A stretch of DNA of 64,000 nucleotides from Anthoceros angustus. Its lineage: Eukaryota > Plantae > Anthocerotophyta. Where the stretch lies: positions 3,001,478 to 3,065,477 of the forward strand of contig MU008158.1 in NCBI GenBank assembly GCA_010909165.1. The letters run 5' to 3'. Below are positions 11,000-23,724 of the stretch, piece after piece. Position numbers and translations under genes: made by a program. The notes below the pieces were generated by a model. That model saw only the letters and a list, made by a program, of their open reading frames with translations. It made no database searches and was not told where the DNA came from. Every line of letters begins with the position of its first letter. Positions within the stretch are counted from its first letter, which is position 1.

Positions 11000-13770
11000 A
11001 GCGGGCAACCGGCTGTCGTTGAGGAAGAGTGAAGTGGACATTGTGTCGTGACTACCGGAAACCTTGTTGCAATCGGATGTGCTTGCGTGTGAAAGATTTC
11101 AGAGCGGTATAGATTCATAAGAATGTGCGAGACAAGAGGAGACATTCCTTGATCTCTAGTCCATCGCGACAGGGACCAATGATAAAGGAAAAGTTGTCAC
11201 TCATGTTATGGGAGTGTTCATACGATGTTGTCGAAGGCTTTAAGGGTTTATTGTGTGGGACACATCCGTATGAGGAGTTGAAGGCTAGAGTTCTTCAGAA
11301 CTCACCGTGGGATGGTTTCAGAACAAACCCCATACAGCAGTCTCCGCATGCGCTAGGGGCCATAGCTTGGATGGACAGTACTTTTATGTACATGGCTGAG
11401 AGGCTCCCAAATGTGGAGGTTTTCAATCTTCCCGACACGTCACAAAATTAGAAATATGGTTGCTATACAAACGAGAGTGCGAAAGGTCGGGGCTCGGATA
11501 TGTCACCTCGTGGTTCTTAAAGCTATGGAAATGCAACTACAGAGGTGAAGATCCCAAAGTCAAACCGGTTCTCGACATGCTCGCCTGTGATTGAAGACAA
11601 CTATCGGAACTCAACACGGAAGGTCGATCAAGGTCTTGGGCACTCTTGTTCCTCTGCATCGTCCTTTCTAACCTTTTTGTGTGAACTACTGCGGTTTGTC
11701 GTGGCCGTCTTGGTCCTAGGTGTCGGTCGTCGCTTGGAGGTTTGGCGCCTTCTTGGATGGAGGTTTGGTTAAGCGGCAGTCGGCGGCGCCCCTTATATCA
11801 CAAGAGAGTGGCGGCGGCGGCCCCTCTCTTCATTTCCGATGAGGCGTCCGACTGCCGGGATGGTTGGTTGTCGGGTACTACTCCCTCCCCTCCCCCCTCC
11901 TCCTCCTCCTCCATTGGGTCCGGCCCCCCCACCCAATCATGTTTACTAGTGGCGCCCCGCACCACCCTTGTTAATAGCAGGGGGTGCCGGCGGCGCCTAT
12001 GTCCCGTTGGCCACGGAAACCCTTGGGTGGAACTCCATAATCGACCTTGGCTCCCACCTACACCAAAATCCGCCCTCATGTGAAGTATATGTGTAATGAT
12101 AAATGAGAGGGCATGACTAGAGTGTTTCAAAGAATGGATTTTGAAACCGACTCCGTGAAGTTCTTGTTTTGTAACAGATGAAATATCAGTCGGGCCCATC
12201 GTGTCTTTTGCGAAACAGAGATGGCCAAACAGAGCAAAAGTTACGAGATCCGCATAAGTACATATTATCTATAGATGGATGGACGAGGCGAGGTACCACA
12301 CTTTTGAGGTGGTCAAGAACACGGATGAGGAGTCCATCTCTCACGTAGTTGGGTGTATGATTCACAACTACACGTATAAAGCGAGGGCCTTCTTGCATTA
12401 CGCAAATTTGAAATGACGCCAATTTGACTATCAACATTATGATGTGATACACAACTACGAGTATTAGAAGGTTTTATACTTGCAATTGGACAACACTTGT
12501 CGGAGAACAAGAATCAACTTCTTTTGCATATCCGAACATGTTAGTGGATATGGGAACTTTTGAGAAAGTAAAGGTGGGGTTTCTTCTCGTTGGACATACT
12601 CATGATCAAATTGACCAAATGTTTTCATGTTTTTCAAAGAGCTTGAAACACAGGAAGCTCATACTCTCCCGCATTGGCGGCAATTTTGAAAAGGCGTACA
12701 CTCCAACACCGGAGGTGAAGGTATTAACGGAGGTTCAGACTTCCGCTCCTATGTTTGGCCGTTCGACAAGGGGATGGGCGCCAAGCATCACTGGTGCGAT
12801 TGAACAACTGTCATTCGGCAGTTCAAAATTACAAGAAGAAAAAACTGGCCGTGGCCTTGTCGGTCATTAGAAGCAAACAATATTCGACATCGCCACAATG
12901 GGAAAGCGGAAGCCGGTTTGGAGTTTTGAAGTTTGTCCCATCCGGCGGCGTAACGCGGTGACATCCCTTCGCCGTGCCGTGATAAGAAAGGCACATCGTC
13001 GGGGTTATCCCCAACCGAGGTGTGGCTCACTTGAAGGAGGGCCTCTCGCGCTTAGACCATATGTCACGCAGAGGAATATAAATGGTGGGAAGAATTTTGG
13101 GTGGACCAAGAGGAGATCGTTGTGTGTGGAGAATAATATAGGGCTCGCACTCCAAGACGCATGGAAGTGGTTTTGGATGAAGTTGAAGAAACAGCCGAGG
13201 TTCTTCACGTGCACGATGAGGCGTTGCTAGAGGAGGCTTTACTCGGGGACCTTCCCCACGGATATGTACCTTGGTGCATATCAAACCGTTGTTAGACAAG
13301 AACAAGCTGCGGTTGAATGGTGACATTTGAAATAAGGAAAGACATGTTCATTGCGTCCCTGCACCACCGCTGAGCAGCCGTTTTGGATTGGCGGTCATTG
13401 ATGTTCACTTAGATGCACCGGATCCTCACTTTGTCGTTCATTGGTACATGGTGAGCACACGAGATGCGTATGAAGGAAGGTATGTTGAAGAATTTATAAT
13501 CCGACATGAAGGGACCCGGTGACGAAATCGGGGAAAAAGGAGGAAAGCTAATTTGCACAAAAGCATACAAAAGGTTTTGTGAACAAAACGTGATCATATA
13601 TTATGGTTTCAACTTGAATGCTCGCAAACATTTATATCTGTGGACAAGAAGGCGATCGACTAAAATTAAATGAATTGCGCTTCATGACTAGCCAAAGTGG
13701 CCCGATAGATAGTGAAGATAGTGGTGGTGATGCGAGCCTTGCGATGATGATGTAATTGAGGCGGAGTTCA
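11000..13770 (+). mobile_element. Degenerate DDE transposase gene, DUF7869/Sola-like DNA transposon
   Basis: Motifs across frames: AIAWM...MAERLPN (11350-11420), VKIPKSNRFS (11545), SIDG(M)D (~12268), KVLYLQLDNTC-ENKNQ (~12468-12520), VKVGFLLVGHTHDQIDQMFS (12568-12630). Element termini not found. Superfamily assignment is tentative. Confidence 0.75.
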
Positions 13771-16700
13771 TGAACATCTGTGCCAAGATGTTTTGTCTTA
13801 TGTGGACACGTTTTTCTTCCTTCCTCTCAATAAGTTTCAATAGATTCTCCAAATTACTATTGTCCGTGGAAGGCTATTTTTCCCAGCCCGCACTTAACGA
13901 AAAACCGTTGTCTTCCGCCAAGTTAGTCATTATTATGCGATTACAAAGACCAGCGTGGAAACCAGCCTTCCTAAGCATAGCGACAAATCCATACGACGAG
14001 ACATCGGCGGAAGATGGTGTTGCTGTACGACGCATTTGACGGCGTTAACCAAACCGAGCGTTGTTTGTATGTCCATAGGCCATCCTCGACTGTCTCGATG
14101 ACTTCTTTGCATATTACGGTTCACCCCAGCAAGTGGGGAACACTATTTCTCTTCGCGTGTACAATGGGGGCCACAATTACACACGGTCAAAGGGTGTCCA
14201 TGGACGAGGAGGAAGAGGCGCCGGTCGGCGCCCGCTCAACAACATTAGAATTGTGTTTTCCGAGGCCCGACATTGACCCTCGACCATTGTACTAACGGCG
14301 AGAGTTGTACTTAATGGAAAAGGACCGCGCACCATGTTTTTGTGTTGCGGTTTTGCTCATCGGTCTTCATCATCACTGCACAACGGTCGTCCCATCCGGG
14401 TCCGAAATGGAGCCAAATGGATGTATGAGGGTTATCAAAACCCTTTGCCTCCTACATCGATACACGAAATTTGTGTGCAGCAGATGAACACCCTATTTTC
14501 AGGCATTTTGGACCACACGATTCAAAACCCTAAATGGAGACCCATTGGAAACCCTCATTGCCGAATAAAAGGCAGAAAACCCCCATGGTGCATATTAACC
14601 TCCTTACAGAATTACCATGTTCTGCCCTTTTCCGATGGGATTCTGCCAATTGTGAGGCCATGTCTCATGCGGCATGCGAAATGGTGAATTAGTTGATCAG
14701 CATGACCTATGTCACGAAGTTATCACTACTAGAAACATGGTGCCCATGTTACGTTTTGACCACGATTCTCTGACCCTCTAGAGCATTCATTGTTACGTGC
14801 CGGCGGGCTTTGCATACAAGCCTGCATTTATTACACAGCCAGTATGTAACACTATTCCCTTCCGGTAGTGCATTGTGTTCCTATTACCCGCCCTCCCGTC
14901 TTGTGCCCCTTATAATACAATATTGAGGTTCGTCTCGGTTTAAAAGTGCGCTGAAGCCTTGAGCTCCACGATGCACTTGATGTCGAGGAACGGAGTTAGC
15001 TCCCGCTTATGCGCATTTTAAGTGCGTGGCTCACATCGATGGCGTCAGTCGTCAGCTCTGGCATCGTAAATGCGTATAGGCGTGATTACATGGTGTGCCA
15101 TGGAGAAATGGGCGCGATGGCCATAAAGGCGCCCTGTTGTCTGGACGGCCGTCCACGGCCCGACATGTAAGTCGGTATGTCTTTGAATGCCCATGCTAAG
15201 GTGAGTTGTGTACTTGCAACGATGGGCAAGCGATTTGTGCCGGTGTGCGAAGGCGTGGACGCGTGACTCAATGCAGCGACTACGGACGCCCTTGGCCAGC
15301 GTCGATCGACCGGCGTCTTGGGATGCCGGTTTTGGTATCGACAAAGCAAGCGATCGCGATTGGTTGCTAGCAGCTGGTGGGGCCTTTCCGGGGCGATTGT
15401 GCCTCCTTACCACCGGCGGTACATGCACATTACGATGGCACATGGAACATGACGTTTCCTAGCCTACGGTGCATGTACATCACACACCAAGTTTCGGCAT
15501 GGGCGGCGTACACGAAACTGGGTCTTCAAAAACCTCACGTTCGGATCGGAGGGAAAGACGCATCATCACGTCGACCGTGATGAGCCCATAAAGTGCTCCT
15601 CCGGTAAGGTGCGCACGCCTCGACTAGCGATTACGCTGCCTCGAAATTTGGAAATGCCGCCGTCATTGCATAATGCATAATGACAGAGCCGCTCCACCAC
15701 GGTATGAGGTGACGTAGTGGCATGAGAGTTTGCCATCCACTGTTGCTTCATAAAGTGCTATACCGCTCTTTCTTCGAAGGGGATGTGAGCATGGACCGCA
15801 AGGCGTACTTTGGCCACATCGGAGGCAGTCCCAGGCAGCTCTGTCCATTGGGGGCCTCTCCCGCATAGATATCTTGTTGTCCACTTGTGATATTGAGCCT
15901 CTTCTTGCAAGGATGTCATGAGTTCCATAAAAATGGTAGGCAGTTGCAAAAGTGGCGCGTTCAAGGAGATTAATAGGGGAGGATGTCAATGAACCGCACA
16001 TCCATACTAGGACATTATGCATGGAAGCGATGAGAAGGTCAAGTAGATCTGCCTGGTGAGTGAATTTGAAGGAGAAGGCACTCAGCGCCCGCAGCGGCGC
16101 ACAGCGGACAACCACACGCCATCCGAAAAAGATGAGATGCCACACAACCACGGAGGTACCTTACGCCCCAAGTTTTGTCTGTGATTCGATTCTTTTGCGT
16201 AATGTAAAAATATATGGGCGGAGTGATTGACGCCATTGGGGAATCTTATTAAATTGCCTCGATTGGGCGGGGAGCTCCTGCATGCGCATCTCACATGCTT
16301 CAGAATAGAGAACCACGGTACTTAACGGTAACCAGCCCTCTCATCTAAAGCAAGCATAGGAAATGCTGGAGAGTAGAATCCATCAAACTTTCTTAGATGG
16401 AAAGGGCAGCCGCGGATTCGCCGCGGTTCGCGTAAGGTTTTGGCGATTGCCTTGTGAGCGATGAACACGATAATTTTTGAAGGGGGATATCACTTGCCGT
16501 GAACACCCCTTGTCACGAAGAACACCTTTCCTAGAAACGACATATGTGCCCTACTTTGATAATGCACACACCCTTTACGAGGTCATACCTTTGATAAAGA
16601 TGCACTTTCAAGTCTACACCGAGGCTGGAGCACAATAGGGTGTGGGCCCGTCTGCGTTTGTAGAATGCATAGAGGGCTGCCATTTTCATATGTTTATTAC

Positions 16701-17295
16701 AAGAAAACTTTTACTTTCAAGTGGTGGAACACAATGAAAACAATCTTGTACTAGCGGGAGTCTTATTTCAATGGTCGTGAGAACATTGCAACAAACAAGC
16801 GCTAAAGGAAGAAGTGGTCATCGGCATCGACAATAGTCATTCAAGAGTGCGGCGACTCATCCATGCCTTGCGCGGAGTCAAGTACCACCGCCATATTCGG
16901 AGGCGGTCCATATCCTCCGCCTCGAAGTTGTCGTTCTCCTCCATTGCTTGCTCGTCTTCAATAGTACCATTCTTGGGCCCGGTCCGGCGGTGTCGGCCAC
17001 CGACATCTAGCATCTGCGACCCTCATCCAAAAGGTCGCGATCGTGGTCTTCAACCTTCGGCACTCAATGCAACCACTTGGGCTTTAAGGCAATGCTAGCG
17101 TCCTTAAAATGAACAAAGTTAGTTGCCCATGCGCCCATGCAAGCATCCTTAAAATCAACAAAATTGAGTTGTTAGGAAGATACGGGTTTGAACACGCAAC
17201 CTATTCATTACTACACTTATTTCCCAAACACTTGACCAACAATCCCAAGTTGCAACTCTTGAGGCGCTAAATATATATTTTCTTGAAGACAGCCT

Positions 17296-17625
17296 ATGAG
17301 GCCATGGGGGCGCCGGCCCGGCGCGCCATGGGCGGGCGTGTGGGCGGCCGGCCGGCAGTGTGCTGGGAGGCGCCGGCGGCGGTGCCCATGGGCGGTGTGC
17401 TAGGGGCGGCCGGCGTGGCGCCCATGGGCGGTGTGCTAGGGGAGGGGCGGCAGCGCCCATGGGCGGTGTGCTAGGGGCGCCGGCCGGCGCCATGGGGGCG
17501 GCGTGTTGAGGCGCGGCGCCGGCCCAGGGTTGCTAGGCGGGGCGCCCGGCGCCATGGCAGTGTGCTAGGGGAGGCGCGGCCGGCGCCATGGCGAGGCATC
17601 TTGGGGAGGCCGGTCGGCGCGCCCT
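17296..17625. repeat. Very GC-rich minisatellite, core GCGCCCATGGGCGGTGTGCTAGGGG
   Basis: Three near-exact cores at ~17382-17476 plus degenerate flanking copies. Confidence 0.85.
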
Positions 17626-17649
17626 CCTTATACGGTGCATCTGCGGTGA

Positions 17650-18430
17650 AGCTAGGGGGACAAGAAGGAGCAGCGGGTATCCTATCACCGATGGAAGGTG
17701 TGGCCCATTTGCGGGAAGGGTTAAAGATTTGCGTCCATAAGTATTGAAGAGTACAAGTGGTGGGAAGCCTTTTGGGTGGACGGAAGGAGATTGCTATCAT
17801 TGTGGAGAATAACATTGGGCTAGTGCTACACGTCCTTGGAAGTGGTTTTCACGTGTAGAAGTGGATCATACTGACGACCACTTCAAGTGCGGATGAAGCT
17901 TTGCTAGATGAGGCATTATTGAGGACCTCCACAGTGATATGTACTTGGGGGCATATCAAAATGCGGGAAGGCAAGCTGGAAATGGCGGATGAATGGGGAC
18001 ATAAAATCAGGAGGGATGTTTACGGCGTGCCGTGCAATACGGACACGCATACTAGGCCATTACGGATTGGGAGGTCATTGACGTGCTAAGCGCACCCGAC
18101 CTCACTTTCTTATCCACGGTATCGGACCGAGCACATAGATGCGTATGAAGGAGATATGCGAGAATACATAGTCCGGTGGTAACCCATCGGTCCAATCTTA
18201 GGAAAAAGGGAATAAGGTCCATTACCTCATACAGGAGGTATTTGTAGAATGAAGCAGTCATCTGTATTATGGGTTTGTGTTGAGCATGCGGAAACATCTG
18301 TCACGGTGGACAAAAGCGATAAGGGATAAGCTCTGCGAGTTGCGTGGCTTCATACAACTGCGAGTCAAAGTGCGCGAAGATAGTGATGACAATGCGGAGA
18401 ATTTGGACCAAGTGATGACGATGGATTGAA
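17650..18430 (+). mobile_element. Second, diverged copy of the 3' part of the transposase gene
   Basis: Collinear similarity to ~12975-13760, e.g. gatgaggcgttgctagaggaggcttta...gatatgtaccttggtgcatatcaaa (13215) vs gatgaagctttgctagatgaggcatta...gatatgtacttgggggcatatcaaa (17892). Confidence 0.75.
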
Positions 18431-21400
18431 CTACGGGGATGAGTGGGAAATCTCGTTTTCCGGGGTCCCGAGTTAATGTTGTAAGTCCGTTCTTGATGTT
18501 TACGTGTTGAAATACCATCCGTGGCTTTTGTGGTGTCATAACAAAACCACATTTCCATCCCAAAGCGAGTTCTGATCGTCCACCTTGAGAACGGCCTTCC
18601 TCACCGTTCCTACTTTGCATCATTCCCTAGGTTCGAGTTTGCGACCACCATTCACAAACATTCTTTGGATGGAAGTAGTAACTTTCTTGGGTGACACCCT
18701 TTTTTTGAGCTTTTCCGTGCCTTCAAAAGCATTTTAGGGCCCATCAAAACCCCTTGAGATTATTTGCGGAAAACCCCTTGAGATTATTAACCCCTTCAAA
18801 ATTATCGTGTTTGAGATTCATGTATGAAACTTGCCTTGACGCACGTTACAAAGCGGTTATGTGAAGAGGAGTAAAGGAAGCGTGTAACACTTGTCACCCT
18901 ATCGTCACCATGCAATTGGAATGAGAGCGGGTGGCATGGCGATAACAAGAATGGAAAAGCGGTAGTCGATGTGATCGATCGATGTGGCGAGTCCATCGGT
19001 TTTCGCTCTGCATGTAAGGATGTGCGGCAATAAATTGCCATGTCAAAAACTATTGACAATTCCATCAATTGAAAACATTGGCGGTAGAGAGGCGGAGGAG
19101 GGTCTGGCGGTTTGGCACCGCCATGTCGAGATGGAGTCGAAGGAACAAGTTTCCCTTTTGCTGGTGATTTCGGTCACATGGCGGGCGAGTCAGTCTGACG
19201 GGTGGTCTTTTGTCCGGAGACGCAGTGCGGAGGGGCGAGGCAGCGGTTTGAAAGAGGCTACAATCTGCGCCATTCCGCGGTTTGCCATCGTTCTGTTCCC
19301 ATCTTGCGCTTTATCCTAACCAGTACGAATGCCTTGCACATCGCCAGGACCCGTGTGAGTCCGGCAATTCTCGCCGGTTCGAGAACTCCGGCTTGGAAGA
19401 CATGGTTTGAAGTGCCTATACCTTTAGGACACGGTTAGTTTGAACATGTTCATGATGTGATACTAAAAGTTTGGCGCGCTCACATACCTTGGTGGTGTGT
19501 AATTGCTGTTGAAGGAAGCATCGGCGTCTTCGCAAAGGCTGATGTCGTGGTTGACGTGAAATTTCGAAGGGTGGACATTGGGAGCACATGGAAATGCCAT
19601 ATAGGATCCAGGATCACGGATGGAGGACATGGATGTTGGGAGGACCTCGCACGGAGGAAAATGTCCGGACGAGGTTCCGGATTCACGACAAGATGCCGAG
19701 TAATGGCGGTAGTGCCGCGTATTTCGCTTGGCGGACCCTCCACGAAGTGTGGGCGGGGAATTTTCGGTGCGCGGTCATGGCGGAGGCACCATGTTGCTGC
19801 AAACATGGGGCCAGTTGTGGACGACATGGACAACAAGGAGCTTGTCGGAGCAATACTACGGAAAAGGGGATTGCGGTGGGTCCAGGACCAACTGTTGGAG
19901 CTAACAAGTGGCGGGCAAGAGGAAGGGAATGTGGCGACGCCGGGCTTCGCCACCATTGACATTTGGTGGCCTCAATGTGCCACGGCACAAGAAGTTCATG
20001 GAAGTCATCCGCAAAGCGCAAGCGAGATTCCGGGCAAATGGAGCGACTTGTCGCAGTGGAAGGAAGGAACTGCGGTGAAGTGGCTTCCGGTTCAGATCTC
20101 TGGTGAAGTCCATGATTAGGTCGGAGTTTAGTCGGTACACGACGCGGAACAATGGAAGCGGCAAAGGCATACGCCTTAGCGGAGAAGAGTAGGGAAAAAA
20201 GCTGCAGCTTTGAAACCTCCAGGCGGATGAAAAGGTGTGGAGGATATTGTCACATGGGCACGAGTTGAACTCGGACAACACGGGAACTTTTGCCGTCAAG
20301 CATCGCTTGCGGCAAAAGAGATTGAGAAATCCAATGGACAAGGGCCAAACCCATGGGGCGGTGTGGAGCGTCTGGGAGTTCAAGTTCCAAGAAAAGTATG
20401 GGAGAGCCCCTACGAAGAATGCGAATTTGGTGCACTCCGGCCACTAGCGAAAATGCATGAACTGGGATGTGATGAAGCGGGGAGAACCACATGGCGGTTT
20501 GAAAGATCTGCGGGTCATAATAAGGGCTCAACGCGATGCCAAACCCAGGCCAAACGCAATTAATTGTTAATTTAATTGGATTTGGATGTTGGTGCTTGAG
20601 ATGAGGATGAAGACGGTGGGGAAGAGCCGGATGGGGATGACTACGAGGACACAAATTCCGAGGGCAGTGCTGGAGGGCGAGGACGGAGAAGAGTATGCGA
20701 GAGGGGAAGGGCGAGTGCGAATGGGGATGAAGACAGCAGGCGGAATGGAAAAAGCGGCATGTCACACATGCATGAGTCACTAGGTGGAGGGGCATCGGCG
20801 TCGGACGATTTCGAGAAGTGTATACTCGTTCTCGGAGCGACAAAGCGGCGATGGGTGGCCACGTCACAGCGGTAGAAGGCGAGATAGCGAGGCGGCGGTG
20901 AAGACAAAGGCCTCGGCGTCGAAGGGGAAGGAGGCGCGAAAGTCCGGTGAGACGTCTTGATGGACTCATGAGGTTTGGGCTGCACTGTTACGCACTAATG
21001 TTTCTTCTCATGCGAGCTGGCCGGTCATGGGCGTCGCAATGTGGAGGGGCACGCAACCATCCGAAGAGAACCACAATGGAAAGGCACAAAGCGGAAAGGG
21101 ACGGCATGTCGGGCGAAAAGAGCCAAAGGCAAAGTGTCATAGTGATGCAGCGGTGAATCGCCCGCGAGTATAATTAGATGTCGAGGCCGAAACTACAAAA
21201 CCATGAAATGATGACATGGTGCTTAGCGATTGGTGTAACCCACGTGTATTGTGATTTTGACGAAATAACGACTTCACATAGCATCGACTTTTTATGCACC
21301 GTACGTATGAAATGGCGGACATGAAGGCATCGTCGACAGGATCGGACGTATGTCGGCGAGTTCGAGAGGCATTACATGGGGCCGTGGGATGTACATGCCA

Positions 21401-22335
21401 CATGTCCGGGCGGTGATGGCTGTCGGGACATGAGCCGTTGCACCCCGAAAGGCAGGCGTCTGTGCGGGAATGATTCGAGGCGGATGGGGATGTCGGTAGC
21501 GTGTTAAGTTTGAAAAAAAACCCGATGGGTAATTAATGCGTGGACCGGAAGGCCACAAACTCGACAAAAGGAACCGAACTGACTCCAGCCCCCAAAGTAA
21601 AGTGTAACAAATTTTGTTGTCACGACCTTCATATTCGGTTTTGTAGGGATCCGACGGGACACGGCCTAATGCATGTTACAAAACCGCCATAAACGTTACA
21701 AACCCCGAATCCCGTTATAAAACACCATAACATGGACACCATGTTTCTAGTAGTGATTATCTTATTAAGTGTCATCGCCTTGGTTGCATACAAAACAGCA
21801 AAATGAATAATGTAATGTGGACAAACATATAAGGCAACACTCTCAAAGGCTAAGTGCATAATGGCCAGCTGCCTTAGCCTCATCCTGGCTTCGTAAAACC
21901 CATTCTCCGCATCTTTTTCCTCAGCATGAGTTCTCTAGCTCTAGCGTCACGCCAAGCTGCACTCCTAATAAGGGTGTGACCTCGATGGGATTGTTGGACT
22001 ATCTTGAAAAAAGCCAGGTGCACAGCAACCTAGTGCCTTGGACTCCATTCATGACAAAGGTGGGAATACCAATTCCATCTGTTTGTTGCTGATTGACCAT
22101 CACCGGTCCACCACTCTTGGCGACTCCGGTACGAAAGTGGCTCGAACATTCACATTCCCCTCCACAAAGCGGCCCACACTTGCAGTTTGTTTTCCCTGTG
22201 ATTGCGTCGGCATGCGCTCCGCATTCTCTCATCCATCGGGTTCCCAAAGCATCTCTCCGGTGCTCGCTCCCACATCCAGGTTTCCCACCATCTACGTTGC
22301 CTCCAGCATCACTTGACGGTGACGCCCGCCTGTTT

Positions 22336-22594
22336 TAAGGATATACAATGTTGATATCATAGTTAGGGTTTAGGGGTTTAAGTTATCCATATATTACCAA
22401 GATATGATAAGCTAGGGTTTACTAGATATGGTGTCGTTTCATTAGGGTTACGTCTCTAAGTGAATAGATACAACGTTTCATTAAATTTAGTTTTAGTTGT
22501 CTTTTCATGCATAAGCAACTTACTTCTTTCTTGATCCAACAATGTAATTATTCTATAATGTTTAATTGATCTACATTAGTCCATAAAATCTTCA
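22336..22594 (+). repeat. Copia 5' LTR (259 bp, TA...CA)
   Basis: Matches 30705-30962 with about 5 substitutions and 1 indel by eye. Confidence 0.93.
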
Positions 22595-22606
22595 TGGTAT
22601 CAGAGC
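22595..22606 (+). promoter_or_regulatory. Copia PBS (tRNA-Met initiator)
   Basis: TGGTATCAGAGC directly after the LTR. Confidence 0.93.
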
Positions 22607-23724
22607 TAACCTAGTGTAGGTTGCATTCAAATGAATGCACATTGAAATTGTGCATTAGGAAATATGCACAATGCTTTTTTTGATTGTTTTCTTAATTTAT
22701 AAATAAGTTAAAATCAAGAAACATAAGATAGAATAAGAATGGATGTATTCTTGTTTTTTTATTTCTATTTTTATTTTGATAAATTCATATAAATTACGCA
22801 AGATGCAGATAGTCTAGCGCACTCCAGTTGAGTTGCTACTTGAGCAATTCAATGGAGGCACACTAGAGCACTGGTGGGGATATGTAAAAATCATATAAAA
22901 ACAGAAAATGCAGTGCATTGTATATACAATCGTGGCACATAGCCATGGAAAATTACATCTACCAAAATCCCGGTGAATCCTAGGAGGAACAATCAAAATC
23001 CAAGGCGGGATCGGCAAATGCCGAGAGACAAAACAGCACATCAATTACATGGGCGCATCCTACAGTGGAGCAACTTGCCCAAATCAAGCACAAGGAGACA
23101 CATTGCGAGGCCTTCAACACACTTCTCAATTGCTATTCCCAACGAGCTTGACTTGACATTCACAATTGACTAGCGGTGCAACACGACCACTTCGAGAACA
23201 TACACCACGCGGCTTCCTCACAGCAGGCGTTGTACATACATAGGTGTAAACACAATTGTTCAGCGTCTTGAGGCTAACAATAGGAATGTTGAAAGCAGAT
23301 GTCGTGATTTCGGTCATGTCATTGATCTGCAGGATTTGAAAGAGCGACTAACACACTTAGATTACAAGCTTGTAATGTTCGAAACCAGAGTTGTTGGCCA
23401 ACCCATTCGAGGCATGCAAGCACGTAAGTAAAACTAAGCATGAAAGGAAGTTTGATACACCTAACTCTTGCCCTTCATGCTCCACTTACGCATTCAATAA
23501 GTTTGAGATGAGAAACTCTAAGATAGTCTGCACGCTTTGGGAACAAACCATAGCCGCAGAGCACTCGGGAGCAACCACAAAACCAACACGCATTGTAAGT
23601 AGAATGTATGGATGGTGAGAATAGTAGCAGTGCCCATGATAGTGTTCATGCTAGTGACCGAAGAAGACACATTAGAAAGCTTCTTCAATCAGAGGACAAA
23701 CTCTTAGGAGTTCAACAACCCAAA

